Positions 7,700 through 17,755 of a stretch of DNA of 47,241 nt are shown here, piece after piece. A program made the translations under genes and the position numbers. Position 1 is the first letter of the stretch; each line of letters begins with the position of its first letter. Below the pieces are notes generated by a model, which was given only the letters and a program-made list of their open reading frames with translations, made no database searches and was not told the DNA's origin. The stretch spans positions 1 to 47,241 of the forward strand of contig CAMAUH010000001.1 of NCBI GenBank assembly GCA_945861365.1, in the 5' to 3' direction. The stretch is from Candidatus Kuenenia stuttgartensis. GTDB taxonomy: Bacteria; Planctomycetota; UBA1135; UBA2386.

Positions 7700-9684
7700 C
7701 GGTCGCCCCCGGTCTCGTTCTCCTTGCCCAGCTTGTCGGCGAGCCGCCGCATCAGGTCCTGCACGCGGCCCTGCTTCTTCGACAGCACCTCGGTCTCGGT
7801 CTTGGCGACCTCCGGGGTCTTCGCCTCGGGCGCGAGGCCGTCGAACGCCTTCGTCGACTTGTTCACGCGCTCCTGCAGGTAGCGCAGCATCTTCAGTTCG
7901 GCCGAGACGGGGACCAGCGGCGGCTGGCCATTGCACTGGCCGTTGCACTGCCCGCCTTCCTTCTGCTCGATCGTCTTGCGCAGCGCGTTGATCAGCATCG
8001 CCAGCAGGTCCTCGACCTCACGCTGGGCCAGCTGCGTGCCGGTGTCGGTGTCGCGCGCGGCGAGGCGCTTGGCGACCGCGCCGAGGTCGTCGCGCAGTTG
8101 CTCGACCATCGGCGGGAACACGGCCGTCGTGGCGTCCTCTTCGAGCAGCTTCAGCGCGTCGCCGGCTTCCGCTTCGAGTTCGCCTTCGCCGGTCGACAGC
8201 TCGCCGACCTTCTGCACCATCGCCGCGGGCATCTCACCGCTCGCGGTCAGCACGTTGTTGCGCGTGCCGTGCAGCGTCTTGGTCTGCGCCGACAGTTCGC
8301 GCTGGCGGGCCAGCATCGCGGTGAAGCGCTCTTCGAGCGCGCGCAGCACCTCGTCCTGCAGTTGCTGACGCAGCTGGGCCAGCGCGTCCTCGAGCTCCTT
8401 CTTGGCGGCTTCGAGGTCGTCCTTGGCGTCCTGCTGCTTCTGCTTGGCCTTCTTGTACTCCTTCAGCTGGCCGGCGGCGGCCTTCTGCTTCGGCACCGCC
8501 TGCTGCACCTTCTTCTTGCCGGGCGTCGCCTTCTGCTCGCCGTCTTCACCCTTCTCCTCGGACTTCTCCATGTCCTTGGCGAGCGTGTCGGTGGCGTGCT
8601 GGGTGTCCTCCTGCTTCTTCGCCTGCTGCTCCATCGGCAGCTTCAGCAGCTCGCGCTTGGCCTCCTCGGCCATCTGCTCGAGCTCCTGCACGGTCTTGGC
8701 GAGGTTCTCGATCGCCTGCTCCTGGTCCTTCAGCGACGACTCCGGCTTCTTGTCGCCGAGCTGCTTCTGCGCCTGGCCCATCGACTGCGAAGCCTTCGCG
8801 GCGCTGCCGCTGCACGCGCACTTGCCTTCCTTGGGCTCGCCGGCCTTCGGCTCACCGGCCTTGGGTTCGCCAGCCTTCGGTTCGCCAGCCTTCGGTTCTC
8901 CCGCCTTGGGTTCACCAGCCTTGGGCTGCCCGGCCTTGGCGGCCTTCGCCGCCGCCTTCGCTTCGGCCTTCGCCGCGTCGTTCTTCAGCTCGGCGTCCTT
9001 GCGCTCGGTCGCTTCGAGGTCCTTCGCCAGCTTCTCGGTGTCCTGCTGCAGCTTGCTCTCCTTGTCGGCGAGCGGCTGCGTCGCTTCGGCGGCGGCCTGC
9101 ACACCGAGCTGGTTGGTCTGCTCCTTCACCTGCTTCTGCTCGGCGAGCAGCGCCTGGGCGAGCTGCTTCTTCGCTTCGAGGTCGGCGATGTGCTTCTCGA
9201 GTTCCTCGGTGCGGGCCGACGCGTCCTTCTCGTCACCCTGCTCCTTGGCCAGCTCGTCGACGCGATCCTTGAACGCGCTCAGCTTGGCGATCTCCTCGAG
9301 CAGCTTGCGCAGGTCGGAGTTCCGGTTCTGCAGCAGATCGAGCAGCTTGCCGAGGTCGGTGCGCAGTTCGTTCATCACGACCAGCGACTCGTCCCAGCGC
9401 TCCTGCTTCAGCATGTCGCCCGCCTTGTCGAGGCGCGTCAGCAGCTTCTTCTCCTGCACGTACGTGAGGCCCGCGGCGATCAGCTTGCTCTCCTCGGGTT
9501 CGCTCTTCTGCAGCACGCCCATCAGCTTCTGCATGCGCTCGGTCAGTTCCTTGAACTTGGCGTAGGCGAGCTCCTGCTTGGCGGCCGCCGTCAGCTGCGG
9601 CTCCTGTGCACGCAGCGACGACAGCTGCGGAGTCGCCACTGCGAACAGCAGGGCGAAGGTCATTGCGATGAGTCGTGCGATCAT
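7696..9684 (-). CDS. Signal-anchored long coiled-coil protein with a KAGEP tandem repeat; function unknown
   Basis: ORF 7696..9804. ATG 9684 has GAGGA a few nt upstream. N-terminus MIARLIAMTFALLFAVATP. The rest is K/E/Q/A/L-rich with a heptad-like character. Contains KAGQP plus six KAGEP units and the Cys motifs KCACSGS and GQCNGQCNG. Confidence 0.65.
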   Translation of the reverse strand: MIARLIAMTFALLFAVATPQLSSLRAQEPQLTAAAKQELAYAKFKELTERMQKLMGVLQKSEPEESKLIAAGLTYVQEKKLLTRLDKAGDMLKQERWDESLVVMNELRTDLGKLLDLLQNRNSDLRKLLEEIAKLSAFKDRVDELAKEQGDEKDASARTEELEKHIADLEAKKQLAQALLAEQKQVKEQTNQLGVQAAAEATQPLADKESKLQQDTEKLAKDLEATERKDAELKNDAAKAEAKAAAKAAKAGQPKAGEPKAGEPKAGEPKAGEPKAGEPKAGEPKEGKCACSGSAAKASQSMGQAQKQLGDKKPESSLKDQEQAIENLAKTVQELEQMAEEAKRELLKLPMEQQAKKQEDTQHATDTLAKDMEKSEEKGEDGEQKATPGKKKVQQAVPKQKAAAGQLKEYKKAKQKQQDAKDDLEAAKKELEDALAQLRQQLQDEVLRALEERFTAMLARQRELSAQTKTLHGTRNNVLTASGEMPAAMVQKVGELSTGEGELEAEAGDALKLLEEDATTAVFPPMVEQLRDDLGAVAKRLAARDTDTGTQLAQREVEDLLAMLINALRKTIEQKEGGQCNGQCNGQPPLVPVSAELKMLRYLQERVNKSTKAFDGLAPEAKTPEVAKTETEVLSKKQGRVQDLMRRLADKLGKENETGGDR
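8830..8934 (-). repeat. Seven tandem 15-bp in-frame units encoding KAGQP + KAGEP x6
   Basis: Plus-strand units: cttgggctcgccggc / cttcggctcaccggc / cttgggttcgccagc / cttcggttcgccagc / cttcggttctcccgc / cttgggttcaccagc / cttgggctgcccggc. Units differ mostly at synonymous positions. Confidence 0.9.
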
Positions 9685-9742
9685 GGGTTCCTCGCTGGGT
9701 ACGACCCGCATTGCGGGCCATCGGTCGGTTCGGGCTCTGCTG

Positions 9743-11959
9743 TCACTTCTTCTTCGGTTGGAAGAGGTTCTGCTCACCCTGCTGCTTGCGGCGTTCGACG
9801 TCATCGATCGCCTGCTTCTCTAGGTTAATCACGGCCTTCAGTTCTTGGATGAGGGCAGCCAGGTTCTCGGCCTGCTCCATCTCCTTCAGCACCGCCTGTA
9901 GCCGGCGCTCGATGTCGCGGTAACCCTCCAGGGCGGCGGTCCTTGTCGCTTCGTCGGCGGTGCCGGTGAAGGTGTCGACGAGGCGCGCGGTGGCCGGGAA
10001 AGCATCCTTGGCAACGGCCGCCAACGGCTGCGGGATCAGGCTTTCCATCTGCCGGACCTTCGGCGGCTCGATGAGGCGGTTGTTCTCGTACTCCCACAGG
10101 ATGCGCTGGTAGGACTCGCCGACGAACGCGGCGCGGCGACCGAGCGCCTGCTGCCCGCGCGCCAACGCCTTCAGCTTCGCCTCGGCGAGCTTGCGCTTGT
10201 CGCCGGCCTGCGCGGGATTGACCATCTCCTGCAGCTCGAGCTGCATGCGGTGCTCGTCATCGAGCACGCGCTGCAGTTCCTGCCGCTGCTCGACCTGGCG
10301 CCGCCGCAACTCCTCGACCATGCGTTCGCGCGTGATGACGCGGAACGCCATCGTCTCGCCCTGGCCCTCGTGCGGCTCGCCGGGGCCGAAGTTGTCCTTC
10401 GCCTGCAGACGCAGCGAGAACAGCATGCCGGGGCGGATCGGGTTGCTCGGATCGTCTTCCTTGTCGACCTTGTTCCACTGCCGCAGGTCGACCGCCGCGG
10501 TGGTCTCGTAGCGCAGCGCACTCTTCGCCAGCGCCTCGCCGTAGACGACCTCGGCCGCGCTGAACGCAGGCTCGGGCAACGGCGCCTGGCCCTTCTCCGG
10601 CGGCTTGTCCTCGAACGCGCGCCACACCGCCGACACCTCGCGCAGGCCGAAGTCGTCCTTCACGCGCAGGTCGCCGGGGATGCGCGCGTGCGCGGTGATC
10701 GACGAGCCGATGCCGCGCAGGCGGAAGTCGATCGACGGCGGCTTGTCGTCGCCGACGCGCAGAACGAGCTTCGGCGGCGTGCCGGCACCGAGCGCATCGC
10801 GATCGATGACGTCGACGACCAGCAGCCCCGACCGCGTCGGGGCGAACGTGCCGGCGAACGAACGGCCATCGGCGGCGCAGGCCAGCGCGGTCTTCTGGTC
10901 GCTGCCGAACAGTGCGAATGCCTGCTGCAGCGCCTTCTGGCTCTTGCCGGCGATCGCCAGCGATGCCCCCTTCGGCAGGCGCAGTTCGCCTTCGGTCGCG
11001 GGCACGACGAACGGCTCGCGCTCCATGTAGTCGGGGAACGTCACCGTCAGCGCGAGATCGTCGATGCGCGGCCGTTCGACGATCTTCACCGCGACGTGCA
11101 GCGGCAGCGCGTCGCCGCCGGCCATCGCGAGCTGCATGTCGGCGAGCACCGCGTCGATCGTCCACGTGAACTCGCGATCGCCGGTGCGGCTCATCGGCTC
11201 GGTGCCCGTCTCGCCACCCTGGAACGCGTAGTCGACGAACACCTGGTCCGGCACCGGACCGTCGGCGACCACGCGCACGGTCAGCGCGTCACCCTGCGGC
11301 AGCGCGATCGTGCCGAGCGTGCCTTCGCCGAGCTGCAGCGTCGTGTAGCGCGGCCAATCGACGTTCGCCAAGGCGAGGTTGCGCAGCGCCCACAGGCCGA
11401 GCGAGCCGCGATCGATCGCGAACCAACCGGCGAAGAACAGCACCGCCGCGAACAGTCCGGCGCCGAAGCGGCGCACGCGCGCGGCATCGATCGCCCCCGA
11501 AAACGGGATCGACGCCATGCGGCCGCGCACGTCGTCGACGAGCGCCTGCTTCAGCGCCAGCGACTCGACCGAACGGCTGTCGCTGCGCAGGTCGCGCGCG
11601 AACTGCAGCGAGCTGATCAGCGCCTGCTTGATGCCGGGCGCGCTGCGTTCGACCGCGAGCGCCATCTCCTCGTCGTCGAGCGTCTGCCGCAGCGGCGCCA
11701 CCAACCGGGCCCGCAACACGCGCAGCACGACGAACACGAACGTCGCCAGCAGCACGGCGCGGAAGATCCACTCGAGGCGCAGCGCCCGGTCGGTCAGGAA
11801 GCTCGGCAGCGCGAACGCGACCAGCAGCATCGCCAGCGCACCGAGTGATTCGATCCAGATGCCACGGCGCACACGCTGGCGGAGTGACGCCAGTTCGGCC
11901 TGCGCCGGCGGGTTTGCCACGAAGAACGCCGAGGCGGCGGAATCGACCGTCGAGTTCAT
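9743..11959 (-). CDS. Large membrane protein (N-terminal TM helices plus ~500-aa extracytoplasmic region), DUF4175-like architecture
   Basis: ORF 9743..12040. Start ATG 11959 (ATGA overlap). TM helices: IWIESLGALAMLLVAFALPSFL, IFRAVLLATFVFVVLRVL, LFAAVLFFAGWFAI. The family name is recalled from the usual BatA/VWA gene neighbourhoods and was not searched. Confidence 0.55.
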   Translation of the reverse strand: MNSTVDSAASAFFVANPPAQAELASLRQRVRRGIWIESLGALAMLLVAFALPSFLTDRALRLEWIFRAVLLATFVFVVLRVLRARLVAPLRQTLDDEEMALAVERSAPGIKQALISSLQFARDLRSDSRSVESLALKQALVDDVRGRMASIPFSGAIDAARVRRFGAGLFAAVLFFAGWFAIDRGSLGLWALRNLALANVDWPRYTTLQLGEGTLGTIALPQGDALTVRVVADGPVPDQVFVDYAFQGGETGTEPMSRTGDREFTWTIDAVLADMQLAMAGGDALPLHVAVKIVERPRIDDLALTVTFPDYMEREPFVVPATEGELRLPKGASLAIAGKSQKALQQAFALFGSDQKTALACAADGRSFAGTFAPTRSGLLVVDVIDRDALGAGTPPKLVLRVGDDKPPSIDFRLRGIGSSITAHARIPGDLRVKDDFGLREVSAVWRAFEDKPPEKGQAPLPEPAFSAAEVVYGEALAKSALRYETTAAVDLRQWNKVDKEDDPSNPIRPGMLFSLRLQAKDNFGPGEPHEGQGETMAFRVITRERMVEELRRRQVEQRQELQRVLDDEHRMQLELQEMVNPAQAGDKRKLAEAKLKALARGQQALGRRAAFVGESYQRILWEYENNRLIEPPKVRQMESLIPQPLAAVAKDAFPATARLVDTFTGTADEATRTAALEGYRDIERRLQAVLKEMEQAENLAALIQELKAVINLEKQAIDDVERRKQQGEQNLFQPKKK

Positions 11960-14457
11960 AGGAGGTTGAACCGCTTGCGCAGCAGCCACTCGATGGACAA
12001 CAGCACCAGCACGAACGCGACGGTCGGCCAGCCATCCCACACGGCGTGCGGCGTGCGGAAGGTGTCGGTCGCGGTGCGCGACGGGATGCGATCGAGTGCC
12101 GCCAGCAGTTGCTGCGGCGTGTCGAACAGCTCGCCGCCGGTGGCGCCGGCGATCGCGGCCAGTTCGGCGCGATCCATCGGGCCCTGCCGTTCGATCGTCG
12201 CGGCGACCACCTGGAAGGTGATCTCGACGTTCTTGCCGAGCTTCTCGGCGGGCCGCAGCCGGTAGGTGCCGAGCGCCGTCGGCCGGAACCGCAGGCTGTA
12301 GCTGCCGGGTGCTTCAGCGACGGGTTGCAGCTGCAGCGTTTCGCTCGCTTCGCCATCGCGTTCGAGCGTGACCGCGAACTGCTCGGTGACGAGCGGCTGC
12401 AAAGCTTCGTCCTTCACCTCGGCGGTGAACTCGAGCGCGTCGCCGAGATCGACCTTCTCCTCGCTCGCCGCCATGCGCAGGCGGCTGTTGCCGGCCTGCA
12501 GACGGCCTTCGAACAGGAAGCGCGCGCCGTTGACCCAGAAGCGGTTGTAGGCCTGCTCGTAGATCGCGCGCCAGCGGTAGGTCTCGTCGGTGCCGGAGAA
12601 CAGCACGCGGCCAGCGCCCACGTTCTGCAGCGCCATGATCGGCATGCCGCGGCCGCCGCGGCGGAAGTCGGGGCTGGTGTGTTCGGCGATCGCGATCGCG
12701 GCGGGCTTCAGCCGCAGCACCGGGAACCAGAAGTGGAACCCCGGCAGGCGGCCCCACAGCAGGCGGCTCGCGTCGCGGCCGTCGCCGATGCGCGCGACCT
12801 TGGCGCCGAGCCCTTCGTCGCCGTCCGGCGTCAGCCCGTATTGCCACGGGAACTTGAACGCCTTGCCGTAGCCGATGATGTCCTGCTCGGCCTTCTCGAT
12901 GTCCGGCACGATCGGCAGCAGTTCGGCGATCGGGAACGCGGCGGACTGCTTGCGCATCGCTTCGAGCGAGTACTTCTCGCCGGCGATCCACCACAGGCCG
13001 CAGCCGTTCTCGACGACGTGTTCGTGCAGGTGCTTGCAGAACGCCGGCGTCAGCTTGCTGCTGTCCGGATCGATCATCACGACCACGTCGTACGGATCGA
13101 ACTCGGCGCGTTCCTGCGGCAGCGTCTCGATGCGCACGCCTTCGTCGCCGTCCTGCGGGAACTTCGGATCCGCGCTCTGCAGCCAGCAGCTGACGTCGAT
13201 CGTCTTGTCGCGGATCAGCAGGTTGCGCAGGATCTGGAACTCGTGGTTGGCGCCGCCGGCGATCAGCAGCAGGCGCATCTTCTCGCCGAGCACTTCGACC
13301 GGCGCCGTCTTGGTGTGGCGGTCGGCGACCAGCGCCTCGCCATCCGGCGGCTGGATCTCGGCGCGGTAGACGAAGCGGCCCGGCGCTTCGGCGGTCAGCT
13401 CCTTCCACTCGACCAGCATCTCGGCGCGTTCGCCACCGATCGCGACCTGCTGCGTGCGCACGACCTGTTCGGCGCCCTTGTCGTCGACGCGCACGAGGCG
13501 CACGGTGACCTGCGTCGGCTCGTAGCCCTGCTGCGCGATCGTCGACTTCAGCTCGAACGGGTCCTTCTGGAACACCTTCGCCGGCGCTTCGTGCCGCAGC
13601 AGCTGCAGCGCCTGCGTCGCCGACGGATCGCCGATGCCGAGCACGAACGTGTGCGGGATCTTGCGCTGGTTCAGCAGCCGCGCGATCTCCGCCCCCTGCG
13701 GGCCGGCATTGCGGCGGCCGTCGGTGACGAACACCACCGCCGCGATCTCGGCGGTGCGGCTCTTGTCGAGTGCGGTGCGCAAGGCGCCACCGAGGTTGCT
13801 GGTGCGCCCGTCGGCGACCAGCTTGGCGAGATCGAGCCGCGGCAGTGCGGGCTTCGCATCGACAGCCGGCGGCAGCGGTTTGCCATCCGCGCCGACCGGG
13901 GCCGGCGGCGGTGGCACCAGCGGCAGCTGGTCGAGGTTGCCGCCGAAGCCATAGAGCTGCACCTGGTTCTTGGCGGCGAGCTTCTTCACCAGCTCACCGT
14001 CACCGTGCGCGAGCAGCGCCTTCACGAGGTCGAGGCGTGCCGTACCCGATGGCTCGCCGACGCCGAGCGCGCGCCAACCGTCGGCGGTCGCCTTGACGCT
14101 GTCGCGCCGCCACGCATCGACGTGCGTCATCGACTGCGACGTGTCGACCAGCAGCAGGGTGTGGCCGGGCCGCACCTCGCGCTTCACGGTGACGATGTTG
14201 GGTTCGAGCAGCAGCGCGATCACCGCCAGCACGGCGAGGCCGCGCAGCACGGCGAGGATCGTGCGCTGCAGCAGCGACAGGTTCTTGCCGTCGCGGCGGT
14301 AGACGACGCCGACGGCGAGGATCGCGAGCGCGCAGCCGAGCAGCACCAAGAGCCCGAGTCCACCGCTCGGGAAGTTGGCGAACTCGAAGCGCAGTTCGTC
14401 GCCGGCGGCCGGTTCGATGCCGCGCCAATGCGCGAGCAGACGGAGCAGTTCGTCCAT
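11956..14457 (-). CDS. 2-TM membrane protein with a VWA domain and a class-I glutamine-amidotransferase-like (ThuA-like) domain
   Basis: ORF 11956..14892. Start ATG 14457. Two TM helices (GLGLLVLLGCALAILAVGVV; LRGLAVLAVIALLL). MIDAS DxSxS motif in LLLVDTSQSM. VVFVTDGRRNAG. GATase1-like block MRLLLIAGGANHEFQILRNLL / YDVVVMIDPD. C-terminal TM WPTVAFVLVLLSIEWLL. Confidence 0.7.
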   Translation of the reverse strand: MDELLRLLAHWRGIEPAAGDELRFEFANFPSGGLGLLVLLGCALAILAVGVVYRRDGKNLSLLQRTILAVLRGLAVLAVIALLLEPNIVTVKREVRPGHTLLLVDTSQSMTHVDAWRRDSVKATADGWRALGVGEPSGTARLDLVKALLAHGDGELVKKLAAKNQVQLYGFGGNLDQLPLVPPPPAPVGADGKPLPPAVDAKPALPRLDLAKLVADGRTSNLGGALRTALDKSRTAEIAAVVFVTDGRRNAGPQGAEIARLLNQRKIPHTFVLGIGDPSATQALQLLRHEAPAKVFQKDPFELKSTIAQQGYEPTQVTVRLVRVDDKGAEQVVRTQQVAIGGERAEMLVEWKELTAEAPGRFVYRAEIQPPDGEALVADRHTKTAPVEVLGEKMRLLLIAGGANHEFQILRNLLIRDKTIDVSCWLQSADPKFPQDGDEGVRIETLPQERAEFDPYDVVVMIDPDSSKLTPAFCKHLHEHVVENGCGLWWIAGEKYSLEAMRKQSAAFPIAELLPIVPDIEKAEQDIIGYGKAFKFPWQYGLTPDGDEGLGAKVARIGDGRDASRLLWGRLPGFHFWFPVLRLKPAAIAIAEHTSPDFRRGGRGMPIMALQNVGAGRVLFSGTDETYRWRAIYEQAYNRFWVNGARFLFEGRLQAGNSRLRMAASEEKVDLGDALEFTAEVKDEALQPLVTEQFAVTLERDGEASETLQLQPVAEAPGSYSLRFRPTALGTYRLRPAEKLGKNVEITFQVVAATIERQGPMDRAELAAIAGATGGELFDTPQQLLAALDRIPSRTATDTFRTPHAVWDGWPTVAFVLVLLSIEWLLRKRFNLL

Positions 14458-14470
14458 GGTCGTCTCGCCG

Positions 14471-16708
14471 TCAGCGACGGCCGAACCTCCACGCCAGCAC
14501 GGTTTCCAGCAACAGGCCGACCAGCAACAGCGCCGCCAGCAGGTGCCACATCTCGCCTTCGCCGTTGCCGTCGCCGAGCGAACTGCCCTCGCGCACGAAG
14601 CGCACGCGGCCATGCAGCTCGGACGGGTAGAGGCGCGTGAACGCGCTGTCGAGGAACGGCAGCAGGCGGCTCTCGGCGATCGGCGCGTTGCGCGCGAACA
14701 GGCGCGTCTCGGCTGTGCCGTCGTGGCGGCCGAGTTCGACCGCGAAGCCGCCGAGCTGGCGCAGTTCGCCCATCGGCACGGCCAGCTGCAGCAGCGCGTG
14801 CGATGGCGCGGCGGCGGGCGGCGCGTCCGGCGCGGCAGCGGGTGCCGGCACCGCCGGTGGCTCGACCGCGGTGAACGTGCGTTCGTCCTCACCGTTCGCG
14901 GCGCGCACGGTGACGTCGGCGCGGTAGGTCGCCGGATCGAGCGTCAGCCGGTAGCTGCCATCGGTCTGCAGGTTGGCGCTGGTCAGATCGCGACGGCGCG
15001 CGGACGCGCGGTGGATCTGGTTGGCCAGCACGACGAACAGGTCGGTGCTCGGCAGGTTGGTCCAGAAGGTGTCGGCGGTGACCGCGAACTGCGCGACCTC
15101 GCCGCCGCCGCTGCCGAACGTGCGCGCCACCAGCAACGGCGGGCCCTCGTTGTCGCGCACGCGCAGCACCACCGCCGCGTTCTTGTTGGCGGGATCCTCG
15201 GTCAGCGTCAGCCAGCGCTTCACCAGCACGACGTTGCCGACCAGCAGGTCGATGATCTCGGCGACGCCGCTGCAGATCGCGTGGTCGGGCTTCACCAGCG
15301 CTGCCTTCACCGGCTTGTCGACGTCGCCAGCGATCTCGCCGAACGGCATCGGCAGCAGGCCCTGGCCATCGCGCCACAGCAGTTCGTTCCAGCGCTGCGC
15401 GTCGACCAGGGCGCCCGCGGTGACGACGAGGCCGCCACCGGCCGCGACGAATTCCTCGAGCTTCTTGGCGCCCGCCTGGCTCGGTGCCTGCACGTTGCAC
15501 AGCCACACGACGTCGAACGGTGCGAGGTCGGTTTCGTCGAGCGCGCTGTCGGCGACGACCTGCGCCTCGATGCCGGTCTCCGGCATCTCCATCGCCGCCT
15601 GCAGGAAGAACGTCTCGCCCTGGTCTTCGTCGGGCTGGCCGTCGACCAGCAGCACGCGGCTCTTGTCGCGCACTTCGAGCGCCAGCGTGCGGCGGTCGTC
15701 GAGCGGGAAGAACTCGGTCGCTTCGAGCGCGGCATCGACGCGGTGATGGCCCGCCTGATGGAACGTGTGGCCGACCGGCAGCGCCTGCCGTTCGCCGGGC
15801 GCCAGCTGCGGCACCGTCAGCACGATGCGGCTCTGGCCATCCACTTCGAGCGCCAGCGTGGTCGGCGCACTCGGATCGAGCCCGAGGTTGTGCACGTCCA
15901 CCGCCAGCGTGGTCGGCACGCCGGCGACCGCGAGGCGATCGACGTGGCGCACGTCGACGACGGCGAGGTTGTTCGGCGGGCCGCTGCTGCCGAGCACGGT
16001 GACCTGGTCCTTGTCGGCACGCAGCGCCGACAGCGCCGCGAGCAGGGCTGGACGCGGCTTGTCGTCCTCGGTCGCCCAATCGTGCGCGCGCTGGTCCGAC
16101 ACCAGGTAGTAGTGCGTGCGACCCGCTTCCTGCACTTCGGCGGCGCGCTTGCCGGTCAGCTGCATCACCGCGCCGAGATCGGGCGCGCTGTCGCTGACGA
16201 CGATCTCCTTCAGCATCGCACTGATCTTGTTGCCGAGTTCGGGACCGATGCGCAGCGACCACGGTTCGGGCGTCGCCGCGTGGCTCGTGCGCACCAGCGA
16301 GAACAGGTCGCCGCTGCGCTGTGCCGCGAGGTCGTCGACCAGCACCTTGACGCGATCCTGCGCACGTTCGAACAAGCGCGCGCTGCCGCTGCGCTGCGTC
16401 ATCGACGCGCTGTCGTCGAGCACGACGACGTGGTGCGTCACGGTGCCGAGGAACGTGCCGCCGCCGAGCTGCGGGCGGCTGACCAGGAACACCAAGAGCA
16501 GCACCGCCAACGTGCGCAGCAGCAGCACCAGCCACTGCTCCATGCGCAGGCGCTTGCGGTTGCGCTTCATCGCCGCGAGCAGGAACTCCATCGCCGCCCA
16601 CGGCACCTTGTGGAAGCGCCGGCGGTTCAGCAGGTGGATGACGATCGGGACCGCGCACAACGGCACGCCCCAGAGCAGCAACGGATGGAGGAACGCGAGC
16701 GCGAGCAT
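14471..16708 (-). CDS. BatA_N (aerotolerance-regulator N-terminal double-TM) protein with VWA and GATase1-like domains
   Basis: MLALAFLHPLLLWGVPLCAVPIVIHLLNRRRF...WLVLLLRTLAVLLLVFLV is the BatA_N signature. MIDAS in HVVVLDDSASM. VLLVDGQPDED / FDVVWLCNV...FVAAGGGLVV. C-terminal TM WHLLAALLLVGLLLETVLAW. Confidence 0.75.
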   Translation of the reverse strand: MLALAFLHPLLLWGVPLCAVPIVIHLLNRRRFHKVPWAAMEFLLAAMKRNRKRLRMEQWLVLLLRTLAVLLLVFLVSRPQLGGGTFLGTVTHHVVVLDDSASMTQRSGSARLFERAQDRVKVLVDDLAAQRSGDLFSLVRTSHAATPEPWSLRIGPELGNKISAMLKEIVVSDSAPDLGAVMQLTGKRAAEVQEAGRTHYYLVSDQRAHDWATEDDKPRPALLAALSALRADKDQVTVLGSSGPPNNLAVVDVRHVDRLAVAGVPTTLAVDVHNLGLDPSAPTTLALEVDGQSRIVLTVPQLAPGERQALPVGHTFHQAGHHRVDAALEATEFFPLDDRRTLALEVRDKSRVLLVDGQPDEDQGETFFLQAAMEMPETGIEAQVVADSALDETDLAPFDVVWLCNVQAPSQAGAKKLEEFVAAGGGLVVTAGALVDAQRWNELLWRDGQGLLPMPFGEIAGDVDKPVKAALVKPDHAICSGVAEIIDLLVGNVVLVKRWLTLTEDPANKNAAVVLRVRDNEGPPLLVARTFGSGGGEVAQFAVTADTFWTNLPSTDLFVVLANQIHRASARRRDLTSANLQTDGSYRLTLDPATYRADVTVRAANGEDERTFTAVEPPAVPAPAAAPDAPPAAAPSHALLQLAVPMGELRQLGGFAVELGRHDGTAETRLFARNAPIAESRLLPFLDSAFTRLYPSELHGRVRFVREGSSLGDGNGEGEMWHLLAALLLVGLLLETVLAWRFGRR

Positions 16709-16715
16709 CGTGGTC

Positions 16716-17753
16716 TCAGCGCTGGTAGATCGGGGCGTAGGAGTAGGGCAGCAGCAGGATCGTCAGCGCGATCGCGGTGCCGTACACGGTGCCGACGCCG
16801 TCGCCTTCCCAGCTGCCGTCCTTCTTCTGCTGGCGCAGCAGCCACGCCGCCTTCTTGTCGAGGTAGCCGGTCCAGTCGGCGCCGCCGCGCTGGTAGAGCG
16901 CCTGGCTCCAGTAGAGGTGCGTGTAGAAGTGGTGGCCGGTGTTGTCGACGCTGACCTGGATCTGCTTCTTGCAGTACTGCACGGCCTTCTCGACGAACGG
17001 CTGGTCGTCGTACATGCCGGCGTTGTAGAGCACCGCGACGCCGGCCGCGGTGATGGCCGGGCGCCCTTCGCCACCGGAGTTGAGGCTGTAGCGGATGCTG
17101 CCGTCGCCGTTCTGGCACTTCTTGATGTAGTCGACGGCGCGATCGATCGTCTTCTTGTCGACGGCGATGCCGGCCATGCGGCACGCGCGCAGCGCCTGGA
17201 TCTGCGTCACGGTGACGCTGCCTTCGTCGCTGTTCGAATCGGGCGTGTAGATCCAACCGCCGGCCGACGACTGCGCCGAACTGATCAGGCCGACCGCCTT
17301 GTCGAGCACGCGCTTGAGCCGCTCCTGCTTCTTGACGTCCTCCTCCATGCCGAACACCGAGGCGAGGAACAGCGTCGCGAAGCCGTGGCCATACATGCCG
17401 CGGCCTTCCTCGGCGGGCACCGAGATGACGCCGGAGTTGGGATCGGCGTGCTTCAGCAGGAAGTCGACCGAGTCGCGCACCTGCTGCCAGTGCTTGCCGC
17501 GCGTCGGCGTCGAGCCGCTGGCGATGAACGCCATGCCGGCGAGCCCGGTCATCGCCGCCGGATAGCTGCCGTAGCCGCCGGAGTTGCGCCAGCTGCCGTC
17601 GTTGGCCTGATTGCGCGCGAGCCAGTCGAGGCCGCGCTGCACCGCTTCGTGGATCTCCTTGGTGACGCCGGGCGGGTAGACGACATCCTGCGCGGGCGCG
17701 AGCCCCCCGATCGCGAGTGCCAGCAGCCAGGGAGCGAGTCGCGTGCGATGCAT
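16716..17753 (-). CDS. Secreted prenyltransferase/squalene-cyclase-like QW-repeat (alpha/alpha toroid) protein, paralog B
   Basis: ORF 16716..17915. ATG 17753 gives the signal peptide MHRTRLAPWLLALAIGGLAPAQD. QW-type repeats: NQANDGSWRN, SAQSSAGGWIY, CQNGDGSIRY, QQKKDGSWEG. Confidence 0.75.
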   Translation of the reverse strand: MHRTRLAPWLLALAIGGLAPAQDVVYPPGVTKEIHEAVQRGLDWLARNQANDGSWRNSGGYGSYPAAMTGLAGMAFIASGSTPTRGKHWQQVRDSVDFLLKHADPNSGVISVPAEEGRGMYGHGFATLFLASVFGMEEDVKKQERLKRVLDKAVGLISSAQSSAGGWIYTPDSNSDEGSVTVTQIQALRACRMAGIAVDKKTIDRAVDYIKKCQNGDGSIRYSLNSGGEGRPAITAAGVAVLYNAGMYDDQPFVEKAVQYCKKQIQVSVDNTGHHFYTHLYWSQALYQRGGADWTGYLDKKAAWLLRQQKKDGSWEGDGVGTVYGTAIALTILLLPYSYAPIYQR

Positions 17754-17755
17754 GA

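Noticed and set aside
8830-8934. Possible CRISPR or minisatellite, because of the seven tandem repeats.
   Set aside because: The units are 15 bp with no spacers. They are in frame and encode a pentapeptide repeat inside a long ORF.
11155-11170. Possible second parS (TCGTCCACGTGAACTC).
   Set aside because: It shares only the CACGTGAA core with the consensus (about 10 of 16 positions) and lies inside an unrelated membrane-protein gene.
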